Of a DNA stretch of 64,000 bases, positions 35,548 through 44,720 are shown in pieces. The position numbers were made by a program, and so were the translations under genes. This DNA is from a virus. Lineage: Duplodnaviria; Caudoviricetes. The notes beneath the pieces are model-generated. The model had not been told where the DNA came from and did no database searches. It was given only the letters and a program-made list of their open reading frames with translations. The stretch's first letter is position 1. Every line of letters begins with the position of its first letter. The DNA is taken from positions 96,001-160,000 of the IMG/VR virus record IMGVR_UViG_2974670102_000001. One strand, 5' to 3'.

Positions 35548-36615
35548 ATGGGCGTATTGTCTCAAGAACGCCTCGAACACATCCGGCAGCAACTGGCCAT
35601 GCTTCCTAATGCAAAGCGTGGTGGCGCAAACCGGATCATGGTCTGCTGCCCCTATCATGGGGAGTCAAACCCGAGTGCCGGTATCTGGACGGAGGGGCCC
35701 TACGCCGGTCTCTTCCGATGCTTCGCGTGTAAGGCACGTGCCAAATGGGACGAGGTGGCTCCGAAGCTGGGGCTGAAGGCGTTCTATGATGGGCCGCCGC
35801 GCGAAGAGAACACGTCGAATCTGTTGATGAGTCGACTGAAGCAAGTCGAGGCCGCAACGAGCGCCGTGGACGCAATGCATGAGCGGGGTTACCGCGAAGA
35901 GAAGCTGAAGTTCTCGCGACTGGCCCCCAACAAGAAGTGGCGCACGATACCGACCAACCTGCTTCTGGAGTTGGGCGGAAAGATGTGCGTGAAGTATCTC
36001 GACGACTACAACACGTGGTCGACGACGAAGTTCATCTACCTGCCGGTCATGATCCGGGGCGAACAGCGCGGCTATTTCCGGGCCCGGCTCAAGAAAGACG
36101 AGAGCGGTAAGAACCTGCCGTCGTACCTGTTGGCTCCGGGCACACGAGGCTCGAACTGGTCGTCTCAAGACGGCCTGTGGCCCTACGATCATGCGATAGG
36201 CATGATGAAGAAGATGAAATCCAAGACCGTGGTATTGGTCGAAGGGCAGCGCGACGCACTGCGTCTGATCTTGGCTGGAATACCAGCCATGTGCATCTTC
36301 GGAACTCAGTCGTGGTCAACACATAAGGCGCGTCACCTCAGCCTCGGAGGCGTGAAGCGCGTTGTACTTTTCATGGACGGTGATGCCGCTGGCTTCCACG
36401 CAACGGAGCACATCAAGCCGAGCCTGAAGAACGAGGTTGAAGTGCGGGCTCTCTCACTGTGGAAGATGAAGGGCTCCCCGCTGCTTCCGTATCTCGAAGA
36501 CCTCGAAATCGACGATGCTACGAAGGCCGCAAAGAAGGACGGCGTGACGCTATGGGACCCGGGTTGCGTCCCGGATCGTATCATCAACCGTCTCCGTGAG
36601 AAGTATTTCGAGTGA
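35548..36615 (+). CDS. DNA primase (Zn-binding + TOPRIM)
   Basis: CCPYH...FRCFAC; VLVEGQRDA; FMDGDAAG. Confidence 0.9.
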   Translation: MGVLSQERLEHIRQQLAMLPNAKRGGANRIMVCCPYHGESNPSAGIWTEGPYAGLFRCFACKARAKWDEVAPKLGLKAFYDGPPREENTSNLLMSRLKQVEAATSAVDAMHERGYREEKLKFSRLAPNKKWRTIPTNLLLELGGKMCVKYLDDYNTWSTTKFIYLPVMIRGEQRGYFRARLKKDESGKNLPSYLLAPGTRGSNWSSQDGLWPYDHAIGMMKKMKSKTVVLVEGQRDALRLILAGIPAMCIFGTQSWSTHKARHLSLGGVKRVVLFMDGDAAGFHATEHIKPSLKNEVEVRALSLWKMKGSPLLPYLEDLEIDDATKAAKKDGVTLWDPGCVPDRIINRLREKYFE

Positions 36616-36622
36616 GGACAAG

Positions 36623-37009
36623 ATGCTTTTTCTGAAGAAGTATGCGATTGAAATAGTGCTGCTGATCGCGTTTGCAGCGCTTTGCGTTATGGTCGGCTAC
36701 GGCCACGGCTACAAGTCCGGTTGGGCTGCGCAGCAGGTCACCATCGACAAGATGGCGAAGGACGAAAACGCAAAGCGCGACAGCGACAACGGCCGTCTGA
36801 ACGCGGCCGAGCAGCAGGCACCGAAAGTCGCTGCGCAGGTCGCAACCACGGTACAGACGAAGGTCGAATATCGCGACCGCATCGTTCGCGAGTACTACGA
36901 AAAGACTCCCAGTGCTGAAACCTGCAAGTGGGCAGTCCCGACGATCAACCTGATCAACCAAGTCATCGACGGCCCGAGCCCGGCGTCGGACGCAGCAACG
37001 GAGAAGTAA
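36623..37009 (+). CDS. i-spanin (Rz-like)
   Basis: N-terminal TM, coiled coil, C-terminal Cys; followed by a lipoprotein gene. Confidence 0.7.
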   Translation: MLFLKKYAIEIVLLIAFAALCVMVGYGHGYKSGWAAQQVTIDKMAKDENAKRDSDNGRLNAAEQQAPKVAAQVATTVQTKVEYRDRIVREYYEKTPSAETCKWAVPTINLINQVIDGPSPASDAATEK

Positions 37010-37010
37010 C

Positions 37011-37319
37011 ATGCGATTGACAAAGACCGCCGTTTGTGCAATACTCACGGCCGCAGTACTTTCGGGCTGCGGAACCGCGCCGACACCCAGCACACCGGTT
37101 CTCGTGAGCGAGAAGCAGTCGCTCAACATCGATCCGAAGTCGCTGGATTGCGACGGATTGTCAAAGCTTGATCCGTCCAAGCCATACGGTGAGAAAGAAC
37201 AAGTCAAGGCCATCGAGGTATGGGCCAACGAGTTCGACACGTGCCGCCTGAAGTTCCGTGGGTTCGTCACCCTCGTCACCCCGCTCCTGCGCATCAACCA
37301 GCCTGCCGCTAGTAAATAA
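37011..37319 (+). CDS. o-spanin lipoprotein (Rz1-like)
   Basis: LSGC lipobox, Pro-rich, two further Cys. Confidence 0.7.
   Translation: MRLTKTAVCAILTAAVLSGCGTAPTPSTPVLVSEKQSLNIDPKSLDCDGLSKLDPSKPYGEKEQVKAIEVWANEFDTCRLKFRGFVTLVTPLLRINQPAASK
37311..37318 (+). promoter_or_regulatory. AGTAAATA motif
   Basis: Overlaps the spanin stop codon, upstream of 37357. Confidence 0.6.
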
Positions 37320-37356
37320 GAGTGGTAGCTACCCTATAACCCCATAGAGGATCAAC

Positions 37357-38655
37357 ATGTCTGTATCTGAAAACATCGACTTCCTGACGCCCGGCTCGGT
37401 CTGGCTTCGTGAGGCCGATGGCTCCGTAGCGAAGTTCCTGATGCTCACGAACACGAGCCTGAAGAAGAAAACGCAGGAGCAGCACCCGCCGCAAGTCATC
37501 TACGTTGACGCGCAGGGGAACTTCTACAACCGACGCGTCGAGGACTTCTTCAAGGTCTACACGTTCCACAGCGTCGACGGCGACCTCGAACGTCGTCTCG
37601 AATCCCTGATCCAGTTCAACGAAGCCGATCTGGAGCACGTGCACGACCCGGAAGACGAGCCGGTGTCCGAAGTCGCTGACGCGCTGATCAACGAAGTCGT
37701 GGACGAAGTCCCGGGCGAGTTGAGCGCCCCTGCATTCGTGGAGCAGTTCGCAACGGACCCGAGCCGGTCCCTCAACGTGTACTTCGGTCTGATCAAGAAG
37801 GAAGACACGCGAATGCCAGTGCTGTCAGCCGCCGACCTGAACGACGCGCTGGTCCACTACTCGCAGAACCCGAACCAAGAGTACGGGATCACCGAGCACC
37901 GCCTCATGTTCTCGCTCGGCGGCCCGGTCACCATCGAGAGCCTGACGGAAGCGTTCCACCCGAGCCTCGAAGTCAGCACGTACGACTGGTTCGACGTGCA
38001 CGCAAACGAGAAATCGGAAGCCATCGTCTGGGAATCGTGGATCGGTGTCTACCCCGAATACTCGATCCGGGGCCTGTACGCGACTGTCATCGTTGGTGTG
38101 CCTGACGCAAGCGCCACTGCCGCAGAAACTACCACGATGATGGAGACTCTGGAAGCCGCGAGCCGTGAAGGCAACCCGGTCCCGCTCGAAATGTGGACAG
38201 CAGCCGCAGGTGTCGATAGCGCGGCACTTCTGGCTGAAGTCGATCCTGCTGTGCACACAGCGGGGTACGCGCAGGCAGCGCCGCTTACGGTCCCGGCCGA
38301 GACGACGGAAGCCGAACTGAACGTGATGCAGCAAGCATTCATCGATGCGACGGCGCACGCGCAGCCCGAAGAAGTTTCGATTCCGGCAGCTACCATGAGC
38401 CAGACGGAAGAGATCGCGATGCTCGTCCAGAGCCTCGGTCTGACTACCGACGCCGCAAGCGAACTGGCAGCAGATGCTGAAGTCATGGCCGCAATCGCTG
38501 CGGTTCAGGCAAAACGTCGTGAAGGCACGATCACACTGCGCAACGCAGAGCCGGTATCGGACGTGACCGACGTGGAAGCCACTGACATCGTTGTCGAACC
38601 TGCGTTCTCTCCTGAGACCGCAGCCGAGATCGGGCTGAACCAACAACAGCAGTAA
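37357..38655 (+). CDS. Acidic hypothetical protein
   Basis: 432 aa, Ala/Glu-rich C-terminus. Confidence 0.8.
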   Translation: MSVSENIDFLTPGSVWLREADGSVAKFLMLTNTSLKKKTQEQHPPQVIYVDAQGNFYNRRVEDFFKVYTFHSVDGDLERRLESLIQFNEADLEHVHDPEDEPVSEVADALINEVVDEVPGELSAPAFVEQFATDPSRSLNVYFGLIKKEDTRMPVLSAADLNDALVHYSQNPNQEYGITEHRLMFSLGGPVTIESLTEAFHPSLEVSTYDWFDVHANEKSEAIVWESWIGVYPEYSIRGLYATVIVGVPDASATAAETTTMMETLEAASREGNPVPLEMWTAAAGVDSAALLAEVDPAVHTAGYAQAAPLTVPAETTEAELNVMQQAFIDATAHAQPEEVSIPAATMSQTEEIAMLVQSLGLTTDAASELAADAEVMAAIAAVQAKRREGTITLRNAEPVSDVTDVEATDIVVEPAFSPETAAEIGLNQQQQ

Positions 38656-38669
38656 GCGGGTAACCGCAG

Positions 38670-38695
38670 TACCCGGGCCGAGTCCCGGGTATTTT
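38670..38695 (+). terminator. Rho-independent terminator
   Basis: TACCCGGG/CCCGGGTA followed by TTTT. Confidence 0.65.
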
Positions 38696-38711
38696 CGTTT
38701 AAGGAGTTGCA

Positions 38712-39725
38712 ATGAAAGTCGATGTAGGCGATTACGTAATCGCTAAGCCCGAAGGTGCAAAGCGCGCAGTTTTCTTCAAGGTCTCGGGCATTTCCAAGGG
38801 TATCGTGTCCGGGCGTCTGGAGAAGGACGGCCACCTGCCCAATCAAGAGAGCAAGGCAATCGAGGCACCCGTCTCCCAACTGATCGCGAACTTGGGCACC
38901 GACCCGGGCCGTGGCCGTGCGTACGGCTGCGACACGAGCCTCGTGTACAAGGGCCGCAAGACCCATGACAAGTTCGGCCCGCTCTACTGGTTCTACAAGC
39001 CGGAAGGAGACGCAGGTGAACGTGTTGTGCGCGCCTTTGACAAAGCGTACAAAGTCTTGAAGAAGAACGGCTTGGACTTCATCATCCAGCCCGAGACGTG
39101 CGTCTGGGAGATCACGCCCCCGAACGGTGAGCGGTATGCTGGCATGTACAAGCGCTCGTCCAAGCCGGAGAAGAACCCGCACCGCCTGATCATCCGTCCG
39201 GAGGTCATGGAAGAGAAGGACTGGGCGTACGTGATCTACCACGAACTGGCAGGCCACCACCTGCACTACGAGTTCCTGACGGGCTCGAAGCTGGAAGGCG
39301 CGTGGGTGAAGCTGTACAACCGAAGCGTGAAGGTCAGCGTCGTCAAGAAGGAAGACTGTGCGCGTATCCTCGAAGATTTTCTGGGTCAGGAGACCCGGCT
39401 CTCGGACTACAAGGGCCAACTCGGTGAGGATGACGCAGAGGCCCTGAAGTGGATTCTCAAGGCCATCAAGACGAACCACAAGATTTCGCTTTCCGAGATC
39501 GATTTGCTGTTTGCTGCCGACTACGCGGACGACATCCGCGCGATCTGGCCGCAGCGGGTGTCGCGCGTCGATCTGGAGCCGCTGGTCACGGAATACGCGC
39601 TCAAGAACTACAAGGAGTTGATCGCTGAGTCGATTGCGTGGTATCTTTCGGGACTCCAGCTTCCGAAGGACGTGACGAAGCTCGTGGAGAAGACTCTTGC
39701 CTACGTGAAGGCGAACCATGAGTAA
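38712..39725 (+). CDS. Putative zincin-like metalloprotease
   Basis: IYHELAGHH and distal YALKNYKELIAE. Confidence 0.6.
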   Translation: MKVDVGDYVIAKPEGAKRAVFFKVSGISKGIVSGRLEKDGHLPNQESKAIEAPVSQLIANLGTDPGRGRAYGCDTSLVYKGRKTHDKFGPLYWFYKPEGDAGERVVRAFDKAYKVLKKNGLDFIIQPETCVWEITPPNGERYAGMYKRSSKPEKNPHRLIIRPEVMEEKDWAYVIYHELAGHHLHYEFLTGSKLEGAWVKLYNRSVKVSVVKKEDCARILEDFLGQETRLSDYKGQLGEDDAEALKWILKAIKTNHKISLSEIDLLFAADYADDIRAIWPQRVSRVDLEPLVTEYALKNYKELIAESIAWYLSGLQLPKDVTKLVEKTLAYVKANHE

Positions 39726-40059
39726 CATTCGCACCGTCGGCACGGACCTGCGTGTCCTTATCAACTCGTTCTCGTGTCACGTATCGAAGACGCAGCGGGC
39801 CACGATAAATATCAGTGGACAGGTTGAAAGAATTGGGGTATCATGCCACTTCACTTTTCAACTCGGCCCCAAGAAGACGCGTCTGACGTTCAAGGACGCG
39901 TGGATCAGGGACCAGTCTCATCCGCAAGAAGTGGCGTTTGCCGTTAAGTGCGCGCTGGCCGACTTCATTCGCAAGACTGATGTGGTGCCCGACGCTTATC
40001 GGGAACAGCTAGTTCAATTGGTGCTTCGGCATCACCTACAGGACAAGGAGCAACGATGA
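39718..40059 (+). CDS. Hypothetical protein
   Basis: 113 aa. Confidence 0.6.
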   Translation: MSNIRTVGTDLRVLINSFSCHVSKTQRATINISGQVERIGVSCHFTFQLGPKKTRLTFKDAWIRDQSHPQEVAFAVKCALADFIRKTDVVPDAYREQLVQLVLRHHLQDKEQR

Positions 40060-40520
40060 TCGAATACACCAACCGCGAAGACTTCGATGACGGGCTGGAC
40101 AGCGAACTTCTCGTCAAGTTCGACTCGCTGTTGGGCGAGACCATCGTCGGCGTCGAAGACGACCCGCAGCGACGCTACATCATCTTCACGACGATGAGCG
40201 GGCGTATGCTCAAGCTTTACCACATGGACAGTTGTTGCGAGGATGTGTACATCGAATCGATCACTGGTGACCTGTTCGATCTGTTGGGCACCCCGCTTCT
40301 GCTGGCCAACGAGTCGACGAGCGACGAGAACCCGAAGGCGCAGCCGCGACCAGACTACCTCGATGAAGAGGACGACTGGGATGGGACGCCGGAACATTTC
40401 CAGTGGACGTTCTATCGACTGGCTACCGCACGCGGTTTCGTCGACATCCGATTCTACGGTTCGAGCAACGGGCACTACTCGGTGAAGGTACGGCTCGCAG
40501 ACATTACGGACAACCAATGA
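40056..40520 (+). CDS. Conserved-looking phage hypothetical protein
   Basis: YHMDSCCEDVYIE...WTFYRLAT...GSSNGHYS. Confidence 0.75.
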   Translation: MIEYTNREDFDDGLDSELLVKFDSLLGETIVGVEDDPQRRYIIFTTMSGRMLKLYHMDSCCEDVYIESITGDLFDLLGTPLLLANESTSDENPKAQPRPDYLDEEDDWDGTPEHFQWTFYRLATARGFVDIRFYGSSNGHYSVKVRLADITDNQ

Positions 40521-40876
40521 CGATCAAGATCGTGGTGCCGCCTTCGGGCGGTATCGAGTGGGTCAAGAAAAAGAAGAACGTGCTCGTATCCGATTCTTGG
40601 CTACCACTAGCCTTTGCCCGCGAGGCCCACATCGAGGAACGGGAAGAAATGGTGATGGTGCGAAAGCCCACGCTGGTTACTCTCGACTTCGGTGCCGACT
40701 TCGACATGGAGCCGTGGATCGAACTGCTGTATAGGTACGCGCGCAGCAGCATGAGCGGCCGGTCGCCCAAGCGGGATATCGAGGTCGAGGGGTTGCTGTT
40801 GCGCGGCGTGTATCCGATGGACAACGTAGAGGGTAGCACGTGGGTGTGCTCCATCGACATGTGGGAGAAAGCATGA
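40517..40876 (+). CDS. Hypothetical protein
   Basis: ATGA coupling. Confidence 0.65.
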   Translation: MTIKIVVPPSGGIEWVKKKKNVLVSDSWLPLAFAREAHIEEREEMVMVRKPTLVTLDFGADFDMEPWIELLYRYARSSMSGRSPKRDIEVEGLLLRGVYPMDNVEGSTWVCSIDMWEKA

Positions 40877-41334
40877 AGGTAGTGGACAAAGACATCATGA
40901 ACGGGGTGCTGGTCGTCGACTTCGAGGACTACGACGTTCAGGGTTGGTTCGAGGAAGTCACGGCTCCCAGCACGGATGTGGCGTTCGGCGCACCGCGCAT
41001 GTACCGACGTGATCTCGTGATCGACGGTACACTATACATCGGCCTGTTCCCGGTCATCCGCCGTGGCACGAGCACCGTGTGGGAGTGCAGTGTCCGGTAT
41101 ACGGACCCGCGCTACACCAATGTCAAGTTCGTTGTATGCGCTGACGACGTGAAGAGCAAGCACGATGGGCAGTGGCATTTCGTGTCAGCCCAGCAGATCG
41201 CGCGCCTCCACAACCTGCGGCCCAGTCAGTGGGTCACGTTGCAGCAGGCACAGAAAATCGGACTCTCGCTTGAGGGCCTTACGATCCTGCGCCCGCGATT
41301 CGACGGGGACTACAAGGACTACAGCGGGGCATGA
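40873..41334 (+). CDS. Hypothetical protein
   Basis: ATGA coupling. Confidence 0.65.
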   Translation: MKVVDKDIMNGVLVVDFEDYDVQGWFEEVTAPSTDVAFGAPRMYRRDLVIDGTLYIGLFPVIRRGTSTVWECSVRYTDPRYTNVKFVVCADDVKSKHDGQWHFVSAQQIARLHNLRPSQWVTLQQAQKIGLSLEGLTILRPRFDGDYKDYSGA

Positions 41335-41720
41335 TGTTTAGCACCACCGCGTACCATTCGTCGAACTTCCTGTTCGATTTCCCCGTACAGGCAAAGGCTA
41401 ACGCGAATCGTAAATACACAGATCGGCATGCCAATGGCCTTCTAGGTCTGTGGTGCTCCGTTACCGAGCGCGGGCGCTCCGCATTCGGACGTTACCTGTA
41501 TGAATTCGAGATCGACGCTGACTGGCCTTCGGTCCTGAACATCAAGTTGAGCACTCTGTTCGGGATCAGTGATCCGACAGAGTTGCGTGACTTGCGTAAG
41601 ACTTGGCTCGATAATGGGACCAAGGTAGTGCGGCTTAGCGAGTGCGATCAGGTCTTTCAGGCCATTGTGCTCGATTTCCGCGTCATCAAAAACTGGCACC
41701 TAGTTGAAGAGAAGAAATGA
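41331..41720 (+). CDS. Hypothetical protein
   Basis: ATGA coupling. Confidence 0.6.
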   Translation: MMFSTTAYHSSNFLFDFPVQAKANANRKYTDRHANGLLGLWCSVTERGRSAFGRYLYEFEIDADWPSVLNIKLSTLFGISDPTELRDLRKTWLDNGTKVVRLSECDQVFQAIVLDFRVIKNWHLVEEKK

Positions 41721-42637
41721 GCCACACAAATCAACCGTTTCACGGTAAAGTTTCAGAAGTACGCGTGATCGAGCATTCGCGCTCATCGAAGTCGGGCACT
41801 GACCTGATCACGTTCCAACTGAAGTACCCACGCTACATCCACGCTGAGTTCATGACCCATCGTGTATTCAGCCGCAACGCCAGCAGCAGTCGTGCGATCC
41901 CAGCCAAAAAGCTGATCGCACAAGTCCGCGAAGAGCCGGTGTTCTTTGCTCACGTTGGCAAGAACATCCCGGGCATGCAGGCAGTCGACGAAGTGCACGC
42001 CGACACGCTGTCCCAGTTCCAATCCGAATGGAAGGAACTGGCCAACATCACTGCCGACTACGTAGAGCGTTGGTCCAACGACTACGGCATCCACAAGCAG
42101 GTTGCGAACCGCGTGCTCGAAGCATTCACGAGCATCAGCGTCGTGGTAACGTCGAGCCAGTGGGACAACTTCTTCGAACTGCGCGACCACGCGGATGCGC
42201 AGCCTGAGATCAAGGACTTGGCCGGAACCATGCGTGCAGCGCTCGCTGCGTCGGTGCCGCGTATCCTCGATCCGAAGGTGCTGACGGACCCGCGTGCATG
42301 GCACTTGCCGTACGTGACAATGCAAGAGCGTCAAGCTCATCCGATCACCGAGTTGCTGGCAATGAGTGCAGCGCGTTGCGCCCGGGTCTCGTACTTGACG
42401 CACGACGGCATGAATCCGCTGCTGGCCAAGGACATCGAGTTGTACCGTCGACTGGTCGAGAGCAAGCCGCTGCACGCGTCACCGCTCGAACATCAGGCGA
42501 TTGCTACATCCTTTGACTATCCGTCGAAAAACTTGACGGGTGGCTGGATGCAGCACCGGACGCTGCTTGAAACTGCTGGCTCCATCGATCAGATGCACGA
42601 ACGCATGGGCTTTGCCCCGGCACCCGTTACGCAATAA
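41717..42637 (+). CDS. thyX: Flavin-dependent thymidylate synthase
   Basis: HAEFMTHRVFSRNASSSRAIP, HKQVANRVLE, AQPEI, ARCARVSY, HASPLEH. Confidence 0.92.
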   Translation: MSHTNQPFHGKVSEVRVIEHSRSSKSGTDLITFQLKYPRYIHAEFMTHRVFSRNASSSRAIPAKKLIAQVREEPVFFAHVGKNIPGMQAVDEVHADTLSQFQSEWKELANITADYVERWSNDYGIHKQVANRVLEAFTSISVVVTSSQWDNFFELRDHADAQPEIKDLAGTMRAALAASVPRILDPKVLTDPRAWHLPYVTMQERQAHPITELLAMSAARCARVSYLTHDGMNPLLAKDIELYRRLVESKPLHASPLEHQAIATSFDYPSKNLTGGWMQHRTLLETAGSIDQMHERMGFAPAPVTQ

Positions 42638-42681
42638 GGGCCCGGCGCTACGTAATTTGATTGGGTGAATAAGGAGGGCTT

Positions 42682-43353
42682 ATGCTCACACTACCCCAGA
42701 TTGCGCAGCGCACGAGTGCACGACGTAAAGAGAGCGCTAAGTACGTGAAGATCACGTACCAGAAGCGTGGGTGGGATAGCCTCGGACGTGGCTATGTCGC
42801 CTGCGCCTCTTACTCGACCAAAATCTGGGACCCGTATAAGCGGAAATATGTTCGCAACACGCGGGGCCCCGGTGGTAAGCCGAGACGGTACGTGACTGTT
42901 ATTGTTTTTCTTGACCCGAGGCTGCATGTTGCTGTATCATGTAGCTGCCCAGACTTCCGCTACCGCTGGGAAGTCGCGTTGAACCGGAAACAAGCCGCCG
43001 AGATCGAATACTCGAACGGGGAATTGCCGGTAATACGAAATCCGCGCATGACCACCTCGTCTTGTAAGCATTTGTTCAAGCTTTACGAGACGATCAAACC
43101 TCAGCTTCCGGCCCGTCGCGCAGGCGACGATACGCCGCCGATTGCACCGCCCCAGATCGGGGTCGCACCGTCTCAGCTACGGAAGGTCGAGGAAGCGCGT
43201 CGCGCGGCCCTGAAGAACGCGGTTAAACCCGTGGTGATCAAGGCTCCGACAAACGTGCAAAGGTCGGTCAAACCGGGCAAGAAGCAATCCACGCTGCCGC
43301 GCTCTGCCGTCGCGCCTATTGCGCAACGCATGAAGCAGAGAAGGAATAAGTGA
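42682..43353 (+). CDS. SWIM-type Zn-finger basic protein
   Basis: VSCSCPDF...CKH. Confidence 0.75.
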   Translation: MLTLPQIAQRTSARRKESAKYVKITYQKRGWDSLGRGYVACASYSTKIWDPYKRKYVRNTRGPGGKPRRYVTVIVFLDPRLHVAVSCSCPDFRYRWEVALNRKQAAEIEYSNGELPVIRNPRMTTSSCKHLFKLYETIKPQLPARRAGDDTPPIAPPQIGVAPSQLRKVEEARRAALKNAVKPVVIKAPTNVQRSVKPGKKQSTLPRSAVAPIAQRMKQRRNK

Positions 43354-44321
43354 TGAAAAGTTATGAACACTCAGCCTCGTTCTCGAAGCTGAAAAACATC
43401 ACGGAGAGGATTAGCAAGAACCTGACGACGCTGGAATATCTCCACACGCTCGACATGTTCTTGTGGAAGGCGCTCGCGCCGATCCACGCGGAGTGTCCGT
43501 CGCTTTTCCAGAACTACGTGGCAAAGATTGTGGCACGGCAGACCCGCAAGGCGAGCCGACGCTTCACCTCGGACGACCGGACAAAGCTTCCGATTCACCT
43601 GTTCAACATGGTGACTACGAAGGACCCGAAGAAGGCACACGAGCACGCACGTGCCATGCACCTGAATCGCGGTCTCATGTTCGGTTTCATCGCCCTGTTC
43701 TTCAGGCGCGTTGAACAGTACGAGCACCTGCACACTGCTCTCGATCTCGATCCGATTGTTCGGAATTCGAAGATTTACGAGATCGAGCGCAGTATCGGCC
43801 TCCGTCCCGGGGCCGCGCTGTTCACGGCGGTGCAGGAGGCGCGCTTCTGGTACACGAAAGCCCGCAACTTCAAGAACATGATTCTTGAAAAATACACGCG
43901 ACTCGCGCTAATGCATGCGAAGACCACGTATAAGGACTTCAACCACCACGTACGTCTGGATGACGTTATCCAGATTTACATGATCGTTGTGTCCCGGGCA
44001 ATCGACCGCTGCGACGCGCGTCAGGGCGTGCTCACCACGTTCATCACGAACTGGTTCAAGAGCGCGCGGTCCGAGGTCGCTGAAATGGCCAAGGATCAGG
44101 GTGATCAGTCGTACGAAGCACTGGTCGAGGAAATGGGGGACGCGAGTTCGGAGATTCTGGGCTCGACGGACGGAGGTCTGGGTGACGACATGCACGACCA
44201 CATCGCGTATGTTGCCAAGCAGATCGACAAGCAAGGCTATGTCCGGGCCGCACTCCATATCCCCGAGCGGCTATCGAAAAAACAGCTTCAGATTCTTGAG
44301 GCATTCGTTCTGGAGGAATGA
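43350..44321 (+). CDS. Phage sigma70-family sigma factor
   Basis: Region 2-like YTRLALMHAK..Y...LDDVIQ....VSRAIDRCD...G.LTTFITNWFK. Confidence 0.7.
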   Translation: MMKSYEHSASFSKLKNITERISKNLTTLEYLHTLDMFLWKALAPIHAECPSLFQNYVAKIVARQTRKASRRFTSDDRTKLPIHLFNMVTTKDPKKAHEHARAMHLNRGLMFGFIALFFRRVEQYEHLHTALDLDPIVRNSKIYEIERSIGLRPGAALFTAVQEARFWYTKARNFKNMILEKYTRLALMHAKTTYKDFNHHVRLDDVIQIYMIVVSRAIDRCDARQGVLTTFITNWFKSARSEVAEMAKDQGDQSYEALVEEMGDASSEILGSTDGGLGDDMHDHIAYVAKQIDKQGYVRAALHIPERLSKKQLQILEAFVLEE

Positions 44322-44322
44322 T

Positions 44323-44673
44323 TTGAGCAATCCGCTCGAACTGTCGGTGACGGCAATGAAATCGTTGCTTGCCGACTACGCGCTCCGTGCGAAGCAAGCT
44401 GAGGAAACCGCAGGACTGCTAATGGCCAAGACGCTGGATGAGGTCGGCCGCCTGCACCTGTTCCAGTTGCTTCAGCAGCACATCGAGGCACGGGCCCACG
44501 ACAGAGCAGTTCACCAGCAGGCCGTGATTCAAACCACGTGCTTAGCACTCGCAACTGCGCTGTCGCAGGACGACGAATCCCTGCGTGACGCAGTGATACG
44601 CATCCACAAGAACCTGTCGCTCGCGGCTGATGCTGCGATGCAAGTACCCATATCGGCCGACGCTAGTAAATAA
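44323..44673 (+). CDS. Hypothetical helical protein
   Basis: TTG start after GGAGG. Confidence 0.6.
   Translation: MSNPLELSVTAMKSLLADYALRAKQAEETAGLLMAKTLDEVGRLHLFQLLQQHIEARAHDRAVHQQAVIQTTCLALATALSQDDESLRDAVIRIHKNLSLAADAAMQVPISADASK
44665..44672 (+). promoter_or_regulatory. AGTAAATA motif
   Basis: Upstream of the SSB-like gene. Confidence 0.65.
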
Positions 44674-44720
44674 GGTCAGCAGTAGCAACAGCAACCAACC
44701 AATCGCAAGAAGGAAGAAGT

